Positions 1 to 10,229 of a stretch of 64,000 bases of DNA are shown in pieces (the stretch's first letter is position 1; each line of letters opens with the position of its first letter). Source of the DNA: an uncultured Eubacterium sp. (GTDB taxonomy: Bacteria; Bacillota; Clostridia; Lachnospirales; Lachnospiraceae); NCBI GenBank assembly GCA_964631845.1, contig CAZWAG010000001.1, positions 9,547-73,546 of the forward strand, written 5' to 3'. A program made the position numbers and the translations under genes. A model generated the notes under the pieces. The model was given only the letters and a program-made list of their open reading frames with translations, had not been told where the DNA came from and searched no databases.

Positions 1-2
1 TG

Positions 3-236
3 CTCGCTCCTTTTTATAAGGGCGACAGCTCAGTTTACAAATCTCCTCAAAACGGAAGATATTATTTATCACTTTGTATGGACACATCAGAAGAAAATGT
101 AATAAACAAAATCTGTAGTATTCTTACAGAACATGGAACAAGAGAAAATCCAACTTATGCAAAAGAGTTGTTTTACATGGAGCATTTTGAAGAAATTATT
201 TCAAGTAAAGCCATTGAGAATTTATCTCTTGTATAA
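3..236 (+). CDS. mecA: Adapter protein MecA, C-terminal fragment (truncated by the window edge)
   Basis: Not in the ORF track. Frame 3 reads LAPFYKGDSSVYKSPQNGRYYL...ILTEHG...FYMEHFEEIISSKAIENLSLV*, which fits the MecA C-terminal pattern (S-x-Y-K...YYL...EH..II...AI..L). Stop TAA at 234-236. Confidence 0.7.
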   Translation, partial: LAPFYKGDSSVYKSPQNGRYYLSLCMDTSEENVINKICSILTEHGTRENPTYAKELFYMEHFEEIISSKAIENLSLV

Positions 237-242
237 AAAGGT

Positions 243-360
243 AAAAGGGCAGTAAAAAGCTCTCTGAAATTAAGGAGATGTAAAAAACTCTCTGAAAAAA
301 CCTGCATCGGCATTTGCCTATGCAGGTTCTTTTTTCTGTATATATTCATTAATTGTTGAT
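243..360 (+). repeat. Dispersed hairpin repeat, copy A (tandem head motif, terminator-like hairpin, tail)
   Basis: aaaagggcagtaaaaagctctctgaaa and aaggagatgtaaaaaactctctgaaa, then hairpin aacctgcat...atgcaggtt, a U tract, and tail cattaattgttgat (347-360) shared exactly with copy C. Confidence 0.75.
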
Positions 361-424
361 AAAAGTATCAAATTGATATCCTTGGTATCAGATTAACGTA
401 TACATACTACTTTGATACTTTTTA
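359..424. terminator. Inverted repeat 3' of the TrmH-family gene
   Basis: aaaagtatcaaa ... tttgatactttt arms between convergent mecA and trmH, with a long loop. Confidence 0.4.
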
Positions 425-1189
425 TTTTTCTGCATGCTTGTACATGAGGATTGAAGTCGCTATCGCTGCATTCAAGGACTCAACCTTTCCTGCCATCGGT
501 ATCTTTATAAGCTTATCCGCTTTCTGAGACACCTCATCACTCAATCCCTTTGATTCATTTCCTATAAGAAAAGCACAGTCCTTTGCAAACGGCTCGTTGC
601 TATATACACTCCCCTTTAAATGAGCAGCATACGTTGTGACTCCTGATTCCTTCAATTTATCTATTGCCTGTGGCAAATCAGAAACCGTAGCAAATGGTAC
701 TCTAAATATTGATCCCATCGTAGAACGAATAACCTTAGGGTTATAAATATCTGCGCAATCTGCACTCATTATAAGACCTGTGATTCCAGCTCCCTCTCCT
801 GTACGAAGTATAGTCCCCAGATTGCCCGGATCCTGCAATCTGTCCAGAACAACTATACAGCTTTTATCTTTTCTCGCATCCAAAATATCATTAACTGTAT
901 ATTTTTTCTGTTTTACAACGGCAAGAATCCCTTGAGGAGTAACTGTATCTGAAATCTTTTTAAACACAGAATCCGAAACTATAGCGTAGCTTATATCTTC
1001 TAAATCTGATTTGTGATTTTCAATAAAGCTTTCCGACACATATGTTTCAACCAAATCTTCTTTTGGTATCTCCACAAACATCTTTATGCCTTCTACGACA
1101 AACAGTGCATTTTCTTTTCTGAATTTGCTCTTCTGTTTTAAATTTATAACTTTTTTAATTTGAATATTATTAGCCGATGTAATAATCAT
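422..1189 (-). CDS. SpoU/TrmH family RNA 2'-O-methyltransferase
   Basis: LQDPGNLGTILRT, GNESKG and ESLNAAIA SPOUT motifs. Confidence 0.93.
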   Translation of the reverse strand: MIITSANNIQIKKVINLKQKSKFRKENALFVVEGIKMFVEIPKEDLVETYVSESFIENHKSDLEDISYAIVSDSVFKKISDTVTPQGILAVVKQKKYTVNDILDARKDKSCIVVLDRLQDPGNLGTILRTGEGAGITGLIMSADCADIYNPKVIRSTMGSIFRVPFATVSDLPQAIDKLKESGVTTYAAHLKGSVYSNEPFAKDCAFLIGNESKGLSDEVSQKADKLIKIPMAGKVESLNAAIATSILMYKHAEK

Positions 1190-4100
1190 TATACTACTAC
1201 CTTTACAAATTCTTCTCCGTAAATACTCTTTAACTGCTCCACAAGCGGTTCGCTTGCATCTACTCTGTATTCTACCGGTAATGCCTTGCTCTGTCTCTCC
1301 TTTGCCAAAGCAATCATAACCTTGTCGCCACCCTTACATGTAGACAGAAGCTCCAATAGCTCTTTTTCCTTTTCTAAATAAGTTTCTTTATCTTTAAAAG
1401 CTATCCAGAGATTTACAGGCATATTGTTAAATTCAGTAATGCTGTTGGCAATTACTTTGCCGGCTGCATTTTCCTCAATGCTCGCATCTCCACTCACAAA
1501 TATTTTTTTGCCTTCCTCCATCAGATGTCGATAACGCTCATACTGTCTTGGAAAAACAATTATTTCCACAGTTCCAACCAAATCTTCCAGAGTGACAAAC
1601 GCCATCTGCTGTCCTGTTTTTGTGAATTTCTTTGTTATAGCGCTCACAATGCCACCGACAGTAACCTTGCTCTTGTCCGGAATCTTTGCTTCCTCACCTT
1701 CCTCCGGTTCTGCAAAATCCAAGGAAATATTTGTTATATGCTTTCGCCATTTTTCCTCCTGTTCCTCAAGAGGATGTCCACTGGCGTATATACCTATTAC
1801 TTCCTTTTCAAATTCAAGCTTTTGCTCGTTTGCATACTCTCCTACATCCGGCATCTGAATTTTATATTTTTCCTTGTCAGAATCATCCGCAAAATCAAAC
1901 AGAGAAATCTGACCTGCCATCGCGTCCTTTTTGTCCTGGTTCACTCCATCCATAATTTGAATGTAAACCATCATCATCTGCTTTCTTGTAGCGCCAAACG
2001 AGTCAAACGCTCCTGCTTTTATAAAGTTTTCTATTGCACGTTTATTTACCCCAAGCTCTGATGTTCTTGTAATAAAGTCCTCCAAATCGGTAAACAAGCC
2101 ATGTGCATTTCTCTCCTCAACTATATTGTCAATAATTGCCTTTCCGACATTTTTTATAGCTGTCAAACCATATCTGATATTATCACCGTCTGCTGAGAAC
2201 CCGCTTCCTCCTACGTTAATGTCAGGTGGAAGAATCTTAATTCCCATTGAGCGACATGAATATACATACTCCGCAACCTTGCTTGAAACGTCCATTACCG
2301 ATGTTAACATCGCTGCCATAAACTCGGTTGGATAATAATATTTTAAATACGCTGTCTGGTAGGCGACAACTGCATACGCAGCCGCATGTGACTTGTTAAA
2401 TGCATACTTTGCAAAATCAATCATTTCATCGTATATCTTGTTTGCGACCTGCTCACTTATTCCGTTTTTAATACAGCCGGCTACGCCCTCCTCCTCGTTT
2501 CCATATACGAAGCTCTGACGCTCTTTTTCCATAACGGACTGTTTTTTCTTGGACATAGCTCTTCGAAGCAAATCGCTTCGGCCGAGAGAATATCCCGCAA
2601 GGTCCCTTACTATCTGCATTACCTGCTCCTGATACACAATACAGCCGTATGTAGGCTCAAGTATTGGGACAAGCTGTGGACAGTCATATGTGACCTCACC
2701 TCTGTTATTTTTTCCTTCAAGGTATTTTGGAATAAAATCCATTGGACCCGGTCTGTACAACGCAATGCCGGCTATGATATCTTCGAGATTCTGTGGTTTT
2801 AGCTCCTTCATAAAGTTCTTCATACCACCGCTCTCAAGCTGGAATATGCCTTCTGTATTTCCTGTACCTATATAATCGAGTACCTTTTTATCATTATAAT
2901 CTATATTGTCCAAATCCAAATCAACATTTCTGTTTGATTTGATAAATTTCAATGCATTGTCTATTACCGTTAGATTTCGAAGTCCCAAAAAGTCCATCTT
3001 CAAAAGGCCTAATTCTTCTAACGTAGTCATTATATACTGAGTTGTGACAGAACCATCTGCTGCAGTAGACAGTGGCACATATTCATCAACCGGTTTTGCG
3101 CAGATAACTACTCCTGCTGCGTGCATTGAAGCGTGACGTGGCAGTCCCTCAAGTCTCTTTGACATATCTATCAGGTATTTTACCTGTGGGTCACTGTCAT
3201 ACAATGCTTTCAACTCTTTATTTTGTCTCAAAGCATCATCAAGTGTGATGTTTAATTCCTGTGGAATCATTTTTGAAATCTCATCACATTGAGCATATGG
3301 CATATCAAGTACACGCCCTACATCTCGTATAACGCCCTTCGCCTTCAATGTACCAAATGTAACAATCTGTGCAACATGGTCCTTTCCGTACTTTCTGCCA
3401 ACATAATCAATTACCTCCTGGCGGCGCTCAATACAAAAGTCCACGTCTATATCGGGCATTGATACTCTCTCAGGATTTAGGAATCTTTCAAAGAGCAAAT
3501 TATATCTCATTGGCTCGATATCTGTTATCTCGAGACAATACGAAACGATACTTCCTGCAGCTGAGCCTCTGCCCGGTCCAACCGGTATTCCATGAGACTT
3601 TGCATAATGAATAAAATCCCACACAATAAGGAAATATTCAATATATCCCATTTCCCTGATTGTGTTTAACTCATATGAAAGCCTTTCTTCAAGCTCTTCC
3701 CTGCTCAATTTACAGAATTTATCCTTTTCACCTTTAAACACCGGATATCTGTTATGTAAACCTTGCTCACACAGCTCTTTTAAATATGTCCAAGGTGTGT
3801 AGCCCTCTGGAACATCATAATTTGGAAGCTTTGTAACGCCAAATTCAAATGTGACATTACATCTGTCTGCAATCTTCTGTGTATTCTCCAACGCCTGTGG
3901 TGCATATTTGAATAGCTCTGCCATCTCCTCAGGCGACTTTAAATAATACTGTCCACCCTCATAGCGCATTCTGTCTTCATCAGCCTTCTTTTTGCCCGTC
4001 TGAATACAAAGTAAAATATCATGAGCCTCAACATCATCTGCGTATGTGTAATGAACGTCATTTGTGCAGACTAAATCAACTCCTATCTCTTCACTCATTC

Positions 4101-4674
4101 TAAGAAGCTGCTGATTAACTGTTCTCTGTGCAGGAATTCCATGATCCTGCATTTCCAAAAAATAATTATCCTTACCAAATATTTGTAAATATCTGAGAGC
4201 TGCTGCTTTTCCGCTCTCGTAATCCTCTCTGGCCAGGTGTCTTTGTACCTCGCCCGCAAGGCAGGCGCTAAGACAAATAAGACCTTCATGAAATTCTTCC
4301 AGCACCTCGTAGTCAACTCTAGGTTTATAATAAAATCCATCAACAAAGCCTTTTGACACAATCTTGCATAGGTTCTGATATCCCTGATTATTTTCTGCAA
4401 GCAAAATAAGGTGATTGTATTTTTCTTCACCATCACCCTTCTCTTTGTTAAATCTTGAACCCGGCGCAACATATACTTCACAACCGATAATAGGCTTTAT
4501 ATCGTTTGCAAGCGCAGCACGATAAAAATCTATAACGCCGTACATTACCCCGTGGTCAGTTATAGCAAGACTGTTCATTCCGAGTTTTTTTGCCTGTTTT
4601 GTTATTTCTTTAATTTTACTTGAACCGTCCAGCAGACTGTACTCTGTATGGACATGTAAGTGTGCAAAATTCAT
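1189..4674 (-). CDS. dnaE: DNA polymerase III alpha subunit
   Basis: PHP domain HLHVHTEYSLLDG, GRGSAAGS, PDIDVDF, LLKMDFLGL, YAFNKSHAAAY and a C-terminal OB fold. No intein visible. Confidence 0.98.
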   Translation of the reverse strand: MNFAHLHVHTEYSLLDGSSKIKEITKQAKKLGMNSLAITDHGVMYGVIDFYRAALANDIKPIIGCEVYVAPGSRFNKEKGDGEEKYNHLILLAENNQGYQNLCKIVSKGFVDGFYYKPRVDYEVLEEFHEGLICLSACLAGEVQRHLAREDYESGKAAALRYLQIFGKDNYFLEMQDHGIPAQRTVNQQLLRMSEEIGVDLVCTNDVHYTYADDVEAHDILLCIQTGKKKADEDRMRYEGGQYYLKSPEEMAELFKYAPQALENTQKIADRCNVTFEFGVTKLPNYDVPEGYTPWTYLKELCEQGLHNRYPVFKGEKDKFCKLSREELEERLSYELNTIREMGYIEYFLIVWDFIHYAKSHGIPVGPGRGSAAGSIVSYCLEITDIEPMRYNLLFERFLNPERVSMPDIDVDFCIERRQEVIDYVGRKYGKDHVAQIVTFGTLKAKGVIRDVGRVLDMPYAQCDEISKMIPQELNITLDDALRQNKELKALYDSDPQVKYLIDMSKRLEGLPRHASMHAAGVVICAKPVDEYVPLSTAADGSVTTQYIMTTLEELGLLKMDFLGLRNLTVIDNALKFIKSNRNVDLDLDNIDYNDKKVLDYIGTGNTEGIFQLESGGMKNFMKELKPQNLEDIIAGIALYRPGPMDFIPKYLEGKNNRGEVTYDCPQLVPILEPTYGCIVYQEQVMQIVRDLAGYSLGRSDLLRRAMSKKKQSVMEKERQSFVYGNEEEGVAGCIKNGISEQVANKIYDEMIDFAKYAFNKSHAAAYAVVAYQTAYLKYYYPTEFMAAMLTSVMDVSSKVAEYVYSCRSMGIKILPPDINVGGSGFSADGDNIRYGLTAIKNVGKAIIDNIVEERNAHGLFTDLEDFITRTSELGVNKRAIENFIKAGAFDSFGATRKQMMMVYIQIMDGVNQDKKDAMAGQISLFDFADDSDKEKYKIQMPDVGEYANEQKLEFEKEVIGIYASGHPLEEQEEKWRKHITNISLDFAEPEEGEEAKIPDKSKVTVGGIVSAITKKFTKTGQQMAFVTLEDLVGTVEIIVFPRQYERYRHLMEEGKKIFVSGDASIEENAAGKVIANSITEFNNMPVNLWIAFKDKETYLEKEKELLELLSTCKGGDKVMIALAKERQSKALPVEYRVDASEPLVEQLKSIYGEEFVKVVV

Positions 4675-4692
4675 TTAATCTGTTCCTTTATT

Positions 4693-5448
4693 TTAATCTT
4701 TGATAACCAGCTCTATAGGGCAGTGGTCTGAACCCATAACCGTCTTGTGTATATCAGCGCTTACGAGCTTGTCTTTTAGAATCTCTGAGACAATAAAATA
4801 ATCTATACGCCAACCTGCATCCTTTTCTCTTGCGCGAAATCTGTATGACCACCAGCTGTATCTTCCGGTTTCCTCCGGATAAAAATATCTAAATGTATCA
4901 ATGAAGCCAGCCTGTAAAAGCTCTGTCATCTTTGCTCTCTCCTCATCTGTAAAGCCGGCATTTTTTCTATTTGTCTTTGGATTTTTTAAATCTATTTCCT
5001 CATGTGCAACGTTTAAGTCTCCACACATAATTACAGGTTTTGATTCTTCTAAATTCTTGAGATATTTTTTGAAGTCATCCTCCCAAGTCATTCTGTAATC
5101 CAATCTCTTCAATTCATTTTGTGAATTAGGAGTGTAGCATGTAACCACAAAAAAATCTTCGTACTCCAGTGTGATAACTCTTCCTTCATGGTCATGTTCT
5201 TCTATCTCCATTCCGTATTTTACACTTAAAGGCTCTTTTTTTGTAAAGATAGCAGTGCCTGAATAGCCCTTCTTTTCAGCATAGTTCCAATACTGATAGT
5301 ATCCCGGCAAATCTAATTCAAGCTGTCCTTCCTGCATTTTTGACTCCTGAATACAAAATATATCCGCGTCAATTTCATTGAAGAAATCTAAAAACCCTTT
5401 ATTGACGCAAGCTCTTATTCCATTTACATTCCAAGATATTAATTTCAT
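4693..5448 (-). CDS. xth: Exodeoxyribonuclease III / AP endonuclease
   Basis: SWNVNGIRA, GDLNVAH, GWRIDYF, GSDHCP. Confidence 0.97.
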   Translation of the reverse strand: MKLISWNVNGIRACVNKGFLDFFNEIDADIFCIQESKMQEGQLELDLPGYYQYWNYAEKKGYSGTAIFTKKEPLSVKYGMEIEEHDHEGRVITLEYEDFFVVTCYTPNSQNELKRLDYRMTWEDDFKKYLKNLEESKPVIMCGDLNVAHEEIDLKNPKTNRKNAGFTDEERAKMTELLQAGFIDTFRYFYPEETGRYSWWSYRFRAREKDAGWRIDYFIVSEILKDKLVSADIHKTVMGSDHCPIELVIKD

Positions 5449-5552
5449 AATAAACTCCTAAACCGCATATATGTTAAATTATATCACACCTTAAAGCCTT
5501 AGTGCAAAAAAAGATGATATCAACCAAATGACATCATCCTTTATTCCTCCAA

Positions 5553-6185
5553 CTAATATCTTCGCATCGTTGGTTCTAATATAAACTTTTCAAATACAAA
5601 TATCGTAAATGTTGGCAAAGCTGCGATAATACCGTATACTATAGCTCGCTTTGTCGACAGCGCATCAACAAGCATTCCGTTTGCGATAAACTGTCCAAAT
5701 GTTACCATTAAGAGTACCGCGGAAATATTTGGAATAAGTCGGATTCTTCCGTGTTCTCTCAACACATACATTGCTATCATAACAACCATAAATAACTCTG
5801 AGACAAAAAATATTGTAACATTTAACTTCGTATCGCTCTTGTTTGAAAATACCCATACCTTTTGGATAGCAACCGCTGATACAAGTAAAATAATATGGTG
5901 AATCAATATGATGAAATATGATAATTCTAATCTTCCCTTTGCGTTTCCTCTTGCCACTGATACTGCAAATAACATCATTCCAAGCATCGCTATTGCAACA
6001 ATAACAGCTGTAATAATATGCGCAACATGATAAGCGTCAACATTTACTGACAATTGATTTCCACCTACTAAGAACATAATAAAGGATGTTCCTGTACACC
6101 AGTTTGGCTTCAATATCTGCGCACACATTCCCAACTCTGACAACATGCATAGTATCAGTACAATTAATTCTCGTTTTTTACTCAT
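5553..6185 (-). CDS. Hypothetical integral membrane protein (about 6 TM helices)
   Basis: Several hydrophobic segments. Start moved to ATG 6185 (RBS ggag); the longer 6248 start abuts a terminator. Confidence 0.7.
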   Translation of the reverse strand: MSKKRELIVLILCMLSELGMCAQILKPNWCTGTSFIMFLVGGNQLSVNVDAYHVAHIITAVIVAIAMLGMMLFAVSVARGNAKGRLELSYFIILIHHIILLVSAVAIQKVWVFSNKSDTKLNVTIFFVSELFMVVMIAMYVLREHGRIRLIPNISAVLLMVTFGQFIANGMLVDALSTKRAIVYGIIAALPTFTIFVFEKFILEPTMRRY

Positions 6186-6249
6186 ATGCTTTCTCCGTAC
6201 AATCTCGATATGGAATATTTTACTACACCAATCTTTTATTTGCAACAAA

Positions 6250-6275
6250 TAACTGCCAGCATAAGCTGGCAGTTA
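6250..6275 (-). terminator. Intrinsic terminator of the uvrC...HPr operon
   Basis: Perfect hairpin taactgccagc-ataa-gctggcagtta just after the HPr stop. Confidence 0.75.
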
Positions 6276-6284
6276 AAAGCAATT

Positions 6285-6539
6285 TTATTCATTTCCCAAA
6301 AACTTAACAATATCCTCTATTGCCTGTTCTTCATCAACACCTTCAGCTGAAACCTTCACATTCATTCCCGGAATAATACCAAGAGCCATCATTCCCATAA
6401 TACTCTTTGCATTAACCTTTTTTGTTTCACATTCAATGTAGATTTTGCTGTCATATTTGCTAGCCACCTGAACACATTTTGCAACGGGACTAGTCTCCAC
6501 TCCTGATTGAACTTCAATAGTTACGTCTTTAGTCGTCAT
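6285..6539 (-). CDS. HPr/Crh-family protein (His15 replaced by Glu, Ser46 intact)
   Basis: VNAKS46IMGMM motif. GVE15TSP replaces GLHARP. Follows whiA, as crh does in B. subtilis. Confidence 0.9.
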   Translation of the reverse strand: MTTKDVTIEVQSGVETSPVAKCVQVASKYDSKIYIECETKKVNAKSIMGMMALGIIPGMNVKVSAEGVDEEQAIEDIVKFLGNE

Positions 6540-6543
6540 TGTT

Positions 6544-7503
6544 CTAATTCCTTTCCTGGGTTTTTCTCAATTCCTCTGCAATTTGACTTATTTTTCTGAG
6601 ACGATGATTTACTCCGGATTTTCCAAGAGGCGGATCCATAAGCTGTCCAAGCTCCTGAAGTGATGTGTCCGGATTTGCCAGTCTTACTTCCGCAACTGTT
6701 TGCAGCTTTGGTGGCAAATATTTCATACCAACCGTTTTTGCAATATAATTTATATCATCAATCTGTCTATAGGCTGTGGTAACTGTTTTTTTAATGTTTG
6801 CAGTCTCACAATTAACCTGACGATTATAGTAATTACTTATGCCCTTGAGGATGCGAACATTTTCCATTTCCATAAGAGCAATCGGTGCTTCCATAACGTT
6901 TAGCACGTCTACTATTCCTTCGCCTTCTTTGATATATACCACAAAATTACCTTTTCGTGCAACTATTTTTGCTTCAATATTGAAAGTCTTAAATATTTCA
7001 ACAAGCTGCTCAGCCTTTTTATCACAATTGCATTTTATTTCTAAATGATATGATTTATTAGGATCGCTAACCGAGCCTGCCGCCATAAAAGCGCCTCTTA
7101 CGAATGCTCTTTTGCAGCAATCTTTCATAATTACAACATTATTTGTAACAGACAAATTTTCCCCTATTTCTCCGGATTTGTCAATAAGTTTTGTAGCCTG
7201 GAGAATTTTCAGGGCATCTTCATTGTCCTCTACATTGATAGTATATGTATTCAGTCGATTGGAATATGCATTTTTGGTAACAACTATTTTTTCATGTATT
7301 TTAAATGTTTTCTGAAGCAGTGTTTTAAATTTTTGAGCTGTGACTTCAGTCTCAGTCTTCACTCTGATGCTGTAATTATTTTTCTCATCTATTAGAACAC
7401 TTCCACACATGGAAATAATGGCCGCTATCTCTGCAATTCTGCAATGCGTGCCATTATTTATATGCTGACTTAATTCTTTTTTTACTGTACTTGAAAAACT
7501 CAT
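6544..7503 (-). CDS. whiA: DNA-binding protein WhiA
   Basis: MSFSSTVKKEL, RGAFMAAGSVSDPNKSYHLE, NRQVNCETAN, GKSGVNHRLRK. Confidence 0.96.
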   Translation of the reverse strand: MSFSSTVKKELSQHINNGTHCRIAEIAAIISMCGSVLIDEKNNYSIRVKTETEVTAQKFKTLLQKTFKIHEKIVVTKNAYSNRLNTYTINVEDNEDALKILQATKLIDKSGEIGENLSVTNNVVIMKDCCKRAFVRGAFMAAGSVSDPNKSYHLEIKCNCDKKAEQLVEIFKTFNIEAKIVARKGNFVVYIKEGEGIVDVLNVMEAPIALMEMENVRILKGISNYYNRQVNCETANIKKTVTTAYRQIDDINYIAKTVGMKYLPPKLQTVAEVRLANPDTSLQELGQLMDPPLGKSGVNHRLRKISQIAEELRKTQERN

Positions 7504-7508
7504 TCTAC

Positions 7509-8369
7509 CTACCTTGTAATATCTCTATGGGTAATTCTTATACCATAATTTGCTTCCGAATCATTCAACTTTTTGTACAATTCATTCGCTACCGTAACAG
7601 AGCGATGATGACCACCTGTACAACCAATTCCAATTACCAATTGGTTCTTTCCCTCATCAATATAATTTGGTATCAAAAATTCTATCATCTCTGTAAGCTT
7701 CTTTAAAAATTCTAAAGAAACCGGAGAATCCAGCACAAAGTCCTGCACTTCTTTTTCATTTCCTGTCTTTTTCTTCAACTCCGGAACATAGTATGGATTT
7801 GGCAAAAATCTCACATCAAACACCAGATCGCAGTCTGCCGGGACTCCGTATTTAAATCCAAATGACATTATTGTGACAAACAGATTCTTGTATTCTCTGT
7901 CATTTACAAAAATATTTTCGATTTCACCGCGCAATTCTCTCACGAGAAGATTGCTTGTATCAATAATAAAGTCTGCACGGTCGCGCAAAAACTTAAGTTT
8001 AACTCTCTCCTCATTTATTTCATTTTCAACGCTGTCCTTATCTCCCATAGGATGGCTTCTTCTCGTCTCCTTAAATCTTTTGATAAGGGTAGCATTGTCG
8101 CAGTCTAAAAAAAGAATTTCAAAATTTTGTTCCTTGCGCTCCATTTTTCTTAGAACCTCATTCATCAGTTCCAAGTTCTCTCCGCTTCTGATGTCCACAC
8201 CAATTGCAACTTTATTTCTTTCACTTGTCTGTGAAAACAACAAATCCGCAAAATTGTTTATCAACGCTATCGGCAGATTATCTACACAATAAAACCCGTT
8301 GTCTTCAAATATTTTTAGAGCAGTGATTTTTCCCGCCCCCGATATACCTGTCACAATAACAAATCGCAT
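7509..8369 (-). CDS. rapZ: RNase adapter RapZ (YvcJ) P-loop protein
   Basis: TGISGAGK, CVDNLP, SFGFKYG, DVRFLPNP, GCTGGHHRSV. Confidence 0.96.
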   Translation of the reverse strand: MRFVIVTGISGAGKITALKIFEDNGFYCVDNLPIALINNFADLLFSQTSERNKVAIGVDIRSGENLELMNEVLRKMERKEQNFEILFLDCDNATLIKRFKETRRSHPMGDKDSVENEINEERVKLKFLRDRADFIIDTSNLLVRELRGEIENIFVNDREYKNLFVTIMSFGFKYGVPADCDLVFDVRFLPNPYYVPELKKKTGNEKEVQDFVLDSPVSLEFLKKLTEMIEFLIPNYIDEGKNQLVIGIGCTGGHHRSVTVANELYKKLNDSEANYGIRITHRDITR

Positions 8370-8379
8370 ATAATGCTCC

Positions 8380-9270
8380 TTAAATAATTTTAACTTCTGT
8401 CTCTAAATCAACGCCAAATTTTTCTTTAACTTTTTCCTGAACATGACTAATTACTGCCAACACATCTGATGCTGTGGCATTGTCATAATTAATAACAAAA
8501 CCACTGTGCTTTTCGGAAACCATTGCTCCACCTACTCTGAAGCCCTTTAGTCCTGCATCCTGAATCAGCTTGCCTGCAAAATATCCTTCCGGTCTCTTGA
8601 ATGTACTTCCGGCACTTGGGTATTCCAACGGCTGGCTTGCTTTTCTTTTGCTCATAAGCAATGACATAATATCGGCAATCTCACCCATGTCTCCAATTTC
8701 AAGCTTTATTCTAGCCTGAAGAACAATCAAGCCTTCCTTTGAAATTTTGCTTGTTCTGTATCCAAGGTCTAAATCTTCTGCCTGTATTGTCTGGATATTG
8801 CCCTCTTTGTCGATGACCTTAACCCATACAAGAACATCCTTCATCTCTGCTCCATATGCGCCTGCGTTCATTGTAGCTGCCCCGCCAATATTTCCGGGGA
8901 TACCATGAGCAAACTCAAAACCTGCCAGGTCATTTTCCACTGCCGCCTTTGCAACCATAGAAAGCTTTGCTCCTGCATCAGCCACGATTTCTTCACCAAT
9001 CACGTCAATAGCGCTGATTTGTGAGTCAACCTCAACTATTGCTCCATCATAGCCCTCATCCTTGACAAGAAGATTACTTCCATTGCCGATAACATAATGA
9101 GGGTAATTTTCTTCTCTTAATATCGAAATTACCTGAACCAACTCATCAATACTGCCCGGTACAATGTAAAGCTTTGCTGTACCACCACATTTAAATGTAC
9201 AATGATTTGACATTGGCTCATTTTCTTTTACGTAATCTTTTCCAACAATTTCAATAATTTTATTAATCAA
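8380..9270 (-). CDS. murB: UDP-N-acetylenolpyruvoylglucosamine reductase
   Basis: GNGSNLL, GIPGNIGGA..MNAGAYG, SAGSTFKRP, SEKHSGF. TTG start. Confidence 0.96.
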   Translation of the reverse strand: MINKIIEIVGKDYVKENEPMSNHCTFKCGGTAKLYIVPGSIDELVQVISILREENYPHYVIGNGSNLLVKDEGYDGAIVEVDSQISAIDVIGEEIVADAGAKLSMVAKAAVENDLAGFEFAHGIPGNIGGAATMNAGAYGAEMKDVLVWVKVIDKEGNIQTIQAEDLDLGYRTSKISKEGLIVLQARIKLEIGDMGEIADIMSLLMSKRKASQPLEYPSAGSTFKRPEGYFAGKLIQDAGLKGFRVGGAMVSEKHSGFVINYDNATASDVLAVISHVQEKVKEKFGVDLETEVKII

Positions 9271-9290
9271 TTTTAAATTCCTCTTTATTT

Positions 9291-10229
9291 TTACTTTAAC
9301 AATGCTGCCGCACCGTACATTCCTGCATCATTTCCAAGCTCTGCAAGATGAACTGCCGCATCACCACATGCCGCAAAACAAGATTCTCTATAAATAACTT
9401 TTATTGCATCAATAAGATATGAACCCGCCTTGCTCACGCCACCACCAATAATAAATGCCTGTGGATTTATAACTGAAGCGATAGCTGACATTGACTCACC
9501 CAGATATGTAGCCATCTGCTTAACTACAGCTTCTGCGCCTTCATCACCCTCTTTTGCGAGATCAAACACATCTTTTGCTGTAATATCATCGCCAAACTTT
9601 CTCATTCCTGTCTCAGTGCCATTTTTGTCCATATATCTCTTTGCAAGTCTAACTACACCTGTAGCTGAAGCATACTGTTCAAGACATCCTGTTCTACCAC
9701 ATCCACATCTTTCTGTTTCACTGTCTTCAACATGGATATGTCCGATTTCACCGGCGCCGCCGTTGTAGCCTGTCACAATCTTTCCGCCAAGAACAACGCC
9801 ACCTCCTACACCTGTTCCAAGTGTAATCATAACGATATCGTCATAGTCCTTTCCACCGCCCTTCCAGGCTTCGCCGAGAGCCGCAACGTTTGCATCGTTT
9901 CCTGCTTTAACCTTTACATTGTAAAACATCTCTGAGAGTTTCTCTGCTACATTGAATGTACCCCATCCAAGGTTTACACACTGCAATACAGTTCCGTCAT
10001 CAAGAACAGGTCCCGGCAGACCAATTCCCAAACCTTCTATATCATCTAAGCTTATGCCTTTTTCTGCAACCTTATTCTGCACTGCATCACATATATCAGA
10101 CAAAATGTTTTCTCCAAAATTTTCTGTACGGGTTTTGATTTCCCACTTGTCTGTCAAAACTTCATTTTCAAATAAACCAATTTTTACTGTAGTTCCACCT
10201 ACGTCAATTCCAAAGCAATACTTTTTCAT
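9291..10229 (-). CDS. glcK: ROK-family glucokinase
   Basis: GIDVGGT, NDANVAALGE, GEIGH, CGCGRTGCLE. Confidence 0.92.
   Translation of the reverse strand: MKKYCFGIDVGGTTVKIGLFENEVLTDKWEIKTRTENFGENILSDICDAVQNKVAEKGISLDDIEGLGIGLPGPVLDDGTVLQCVNLGWGTFNVAEKLSEMFYNVKVKAGNDANVAALGEAWKGGGKDYDDIVMITLGTGVGGGVVLGGKIVTGYNGGAGEIGHIHVEDSETERCGCGRTGCLEQYASATGVVRLAKRYMDKNGTETGMRKFGDDITAKDVFDLAKEGDEGAEAVVKQMATYLGESMSAIASVINPQAFIIGGGVSKAGSYLIDAIKVIYRESCFAACGDAAVHLAELGNDAGMYGAAALLK

Noticed and set aside
1189-4674. Intein or frameshift in dnaE
   Set aside because: Length is normal, the frame is continuous, and there are no intein terminal motifs.
6544-8369. Missing yvcK between rapZ and whiA
   Set aside because: The genes are 5 nt apart with no remnant. 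This is a plausible lineage-level gene order, not a lesion.
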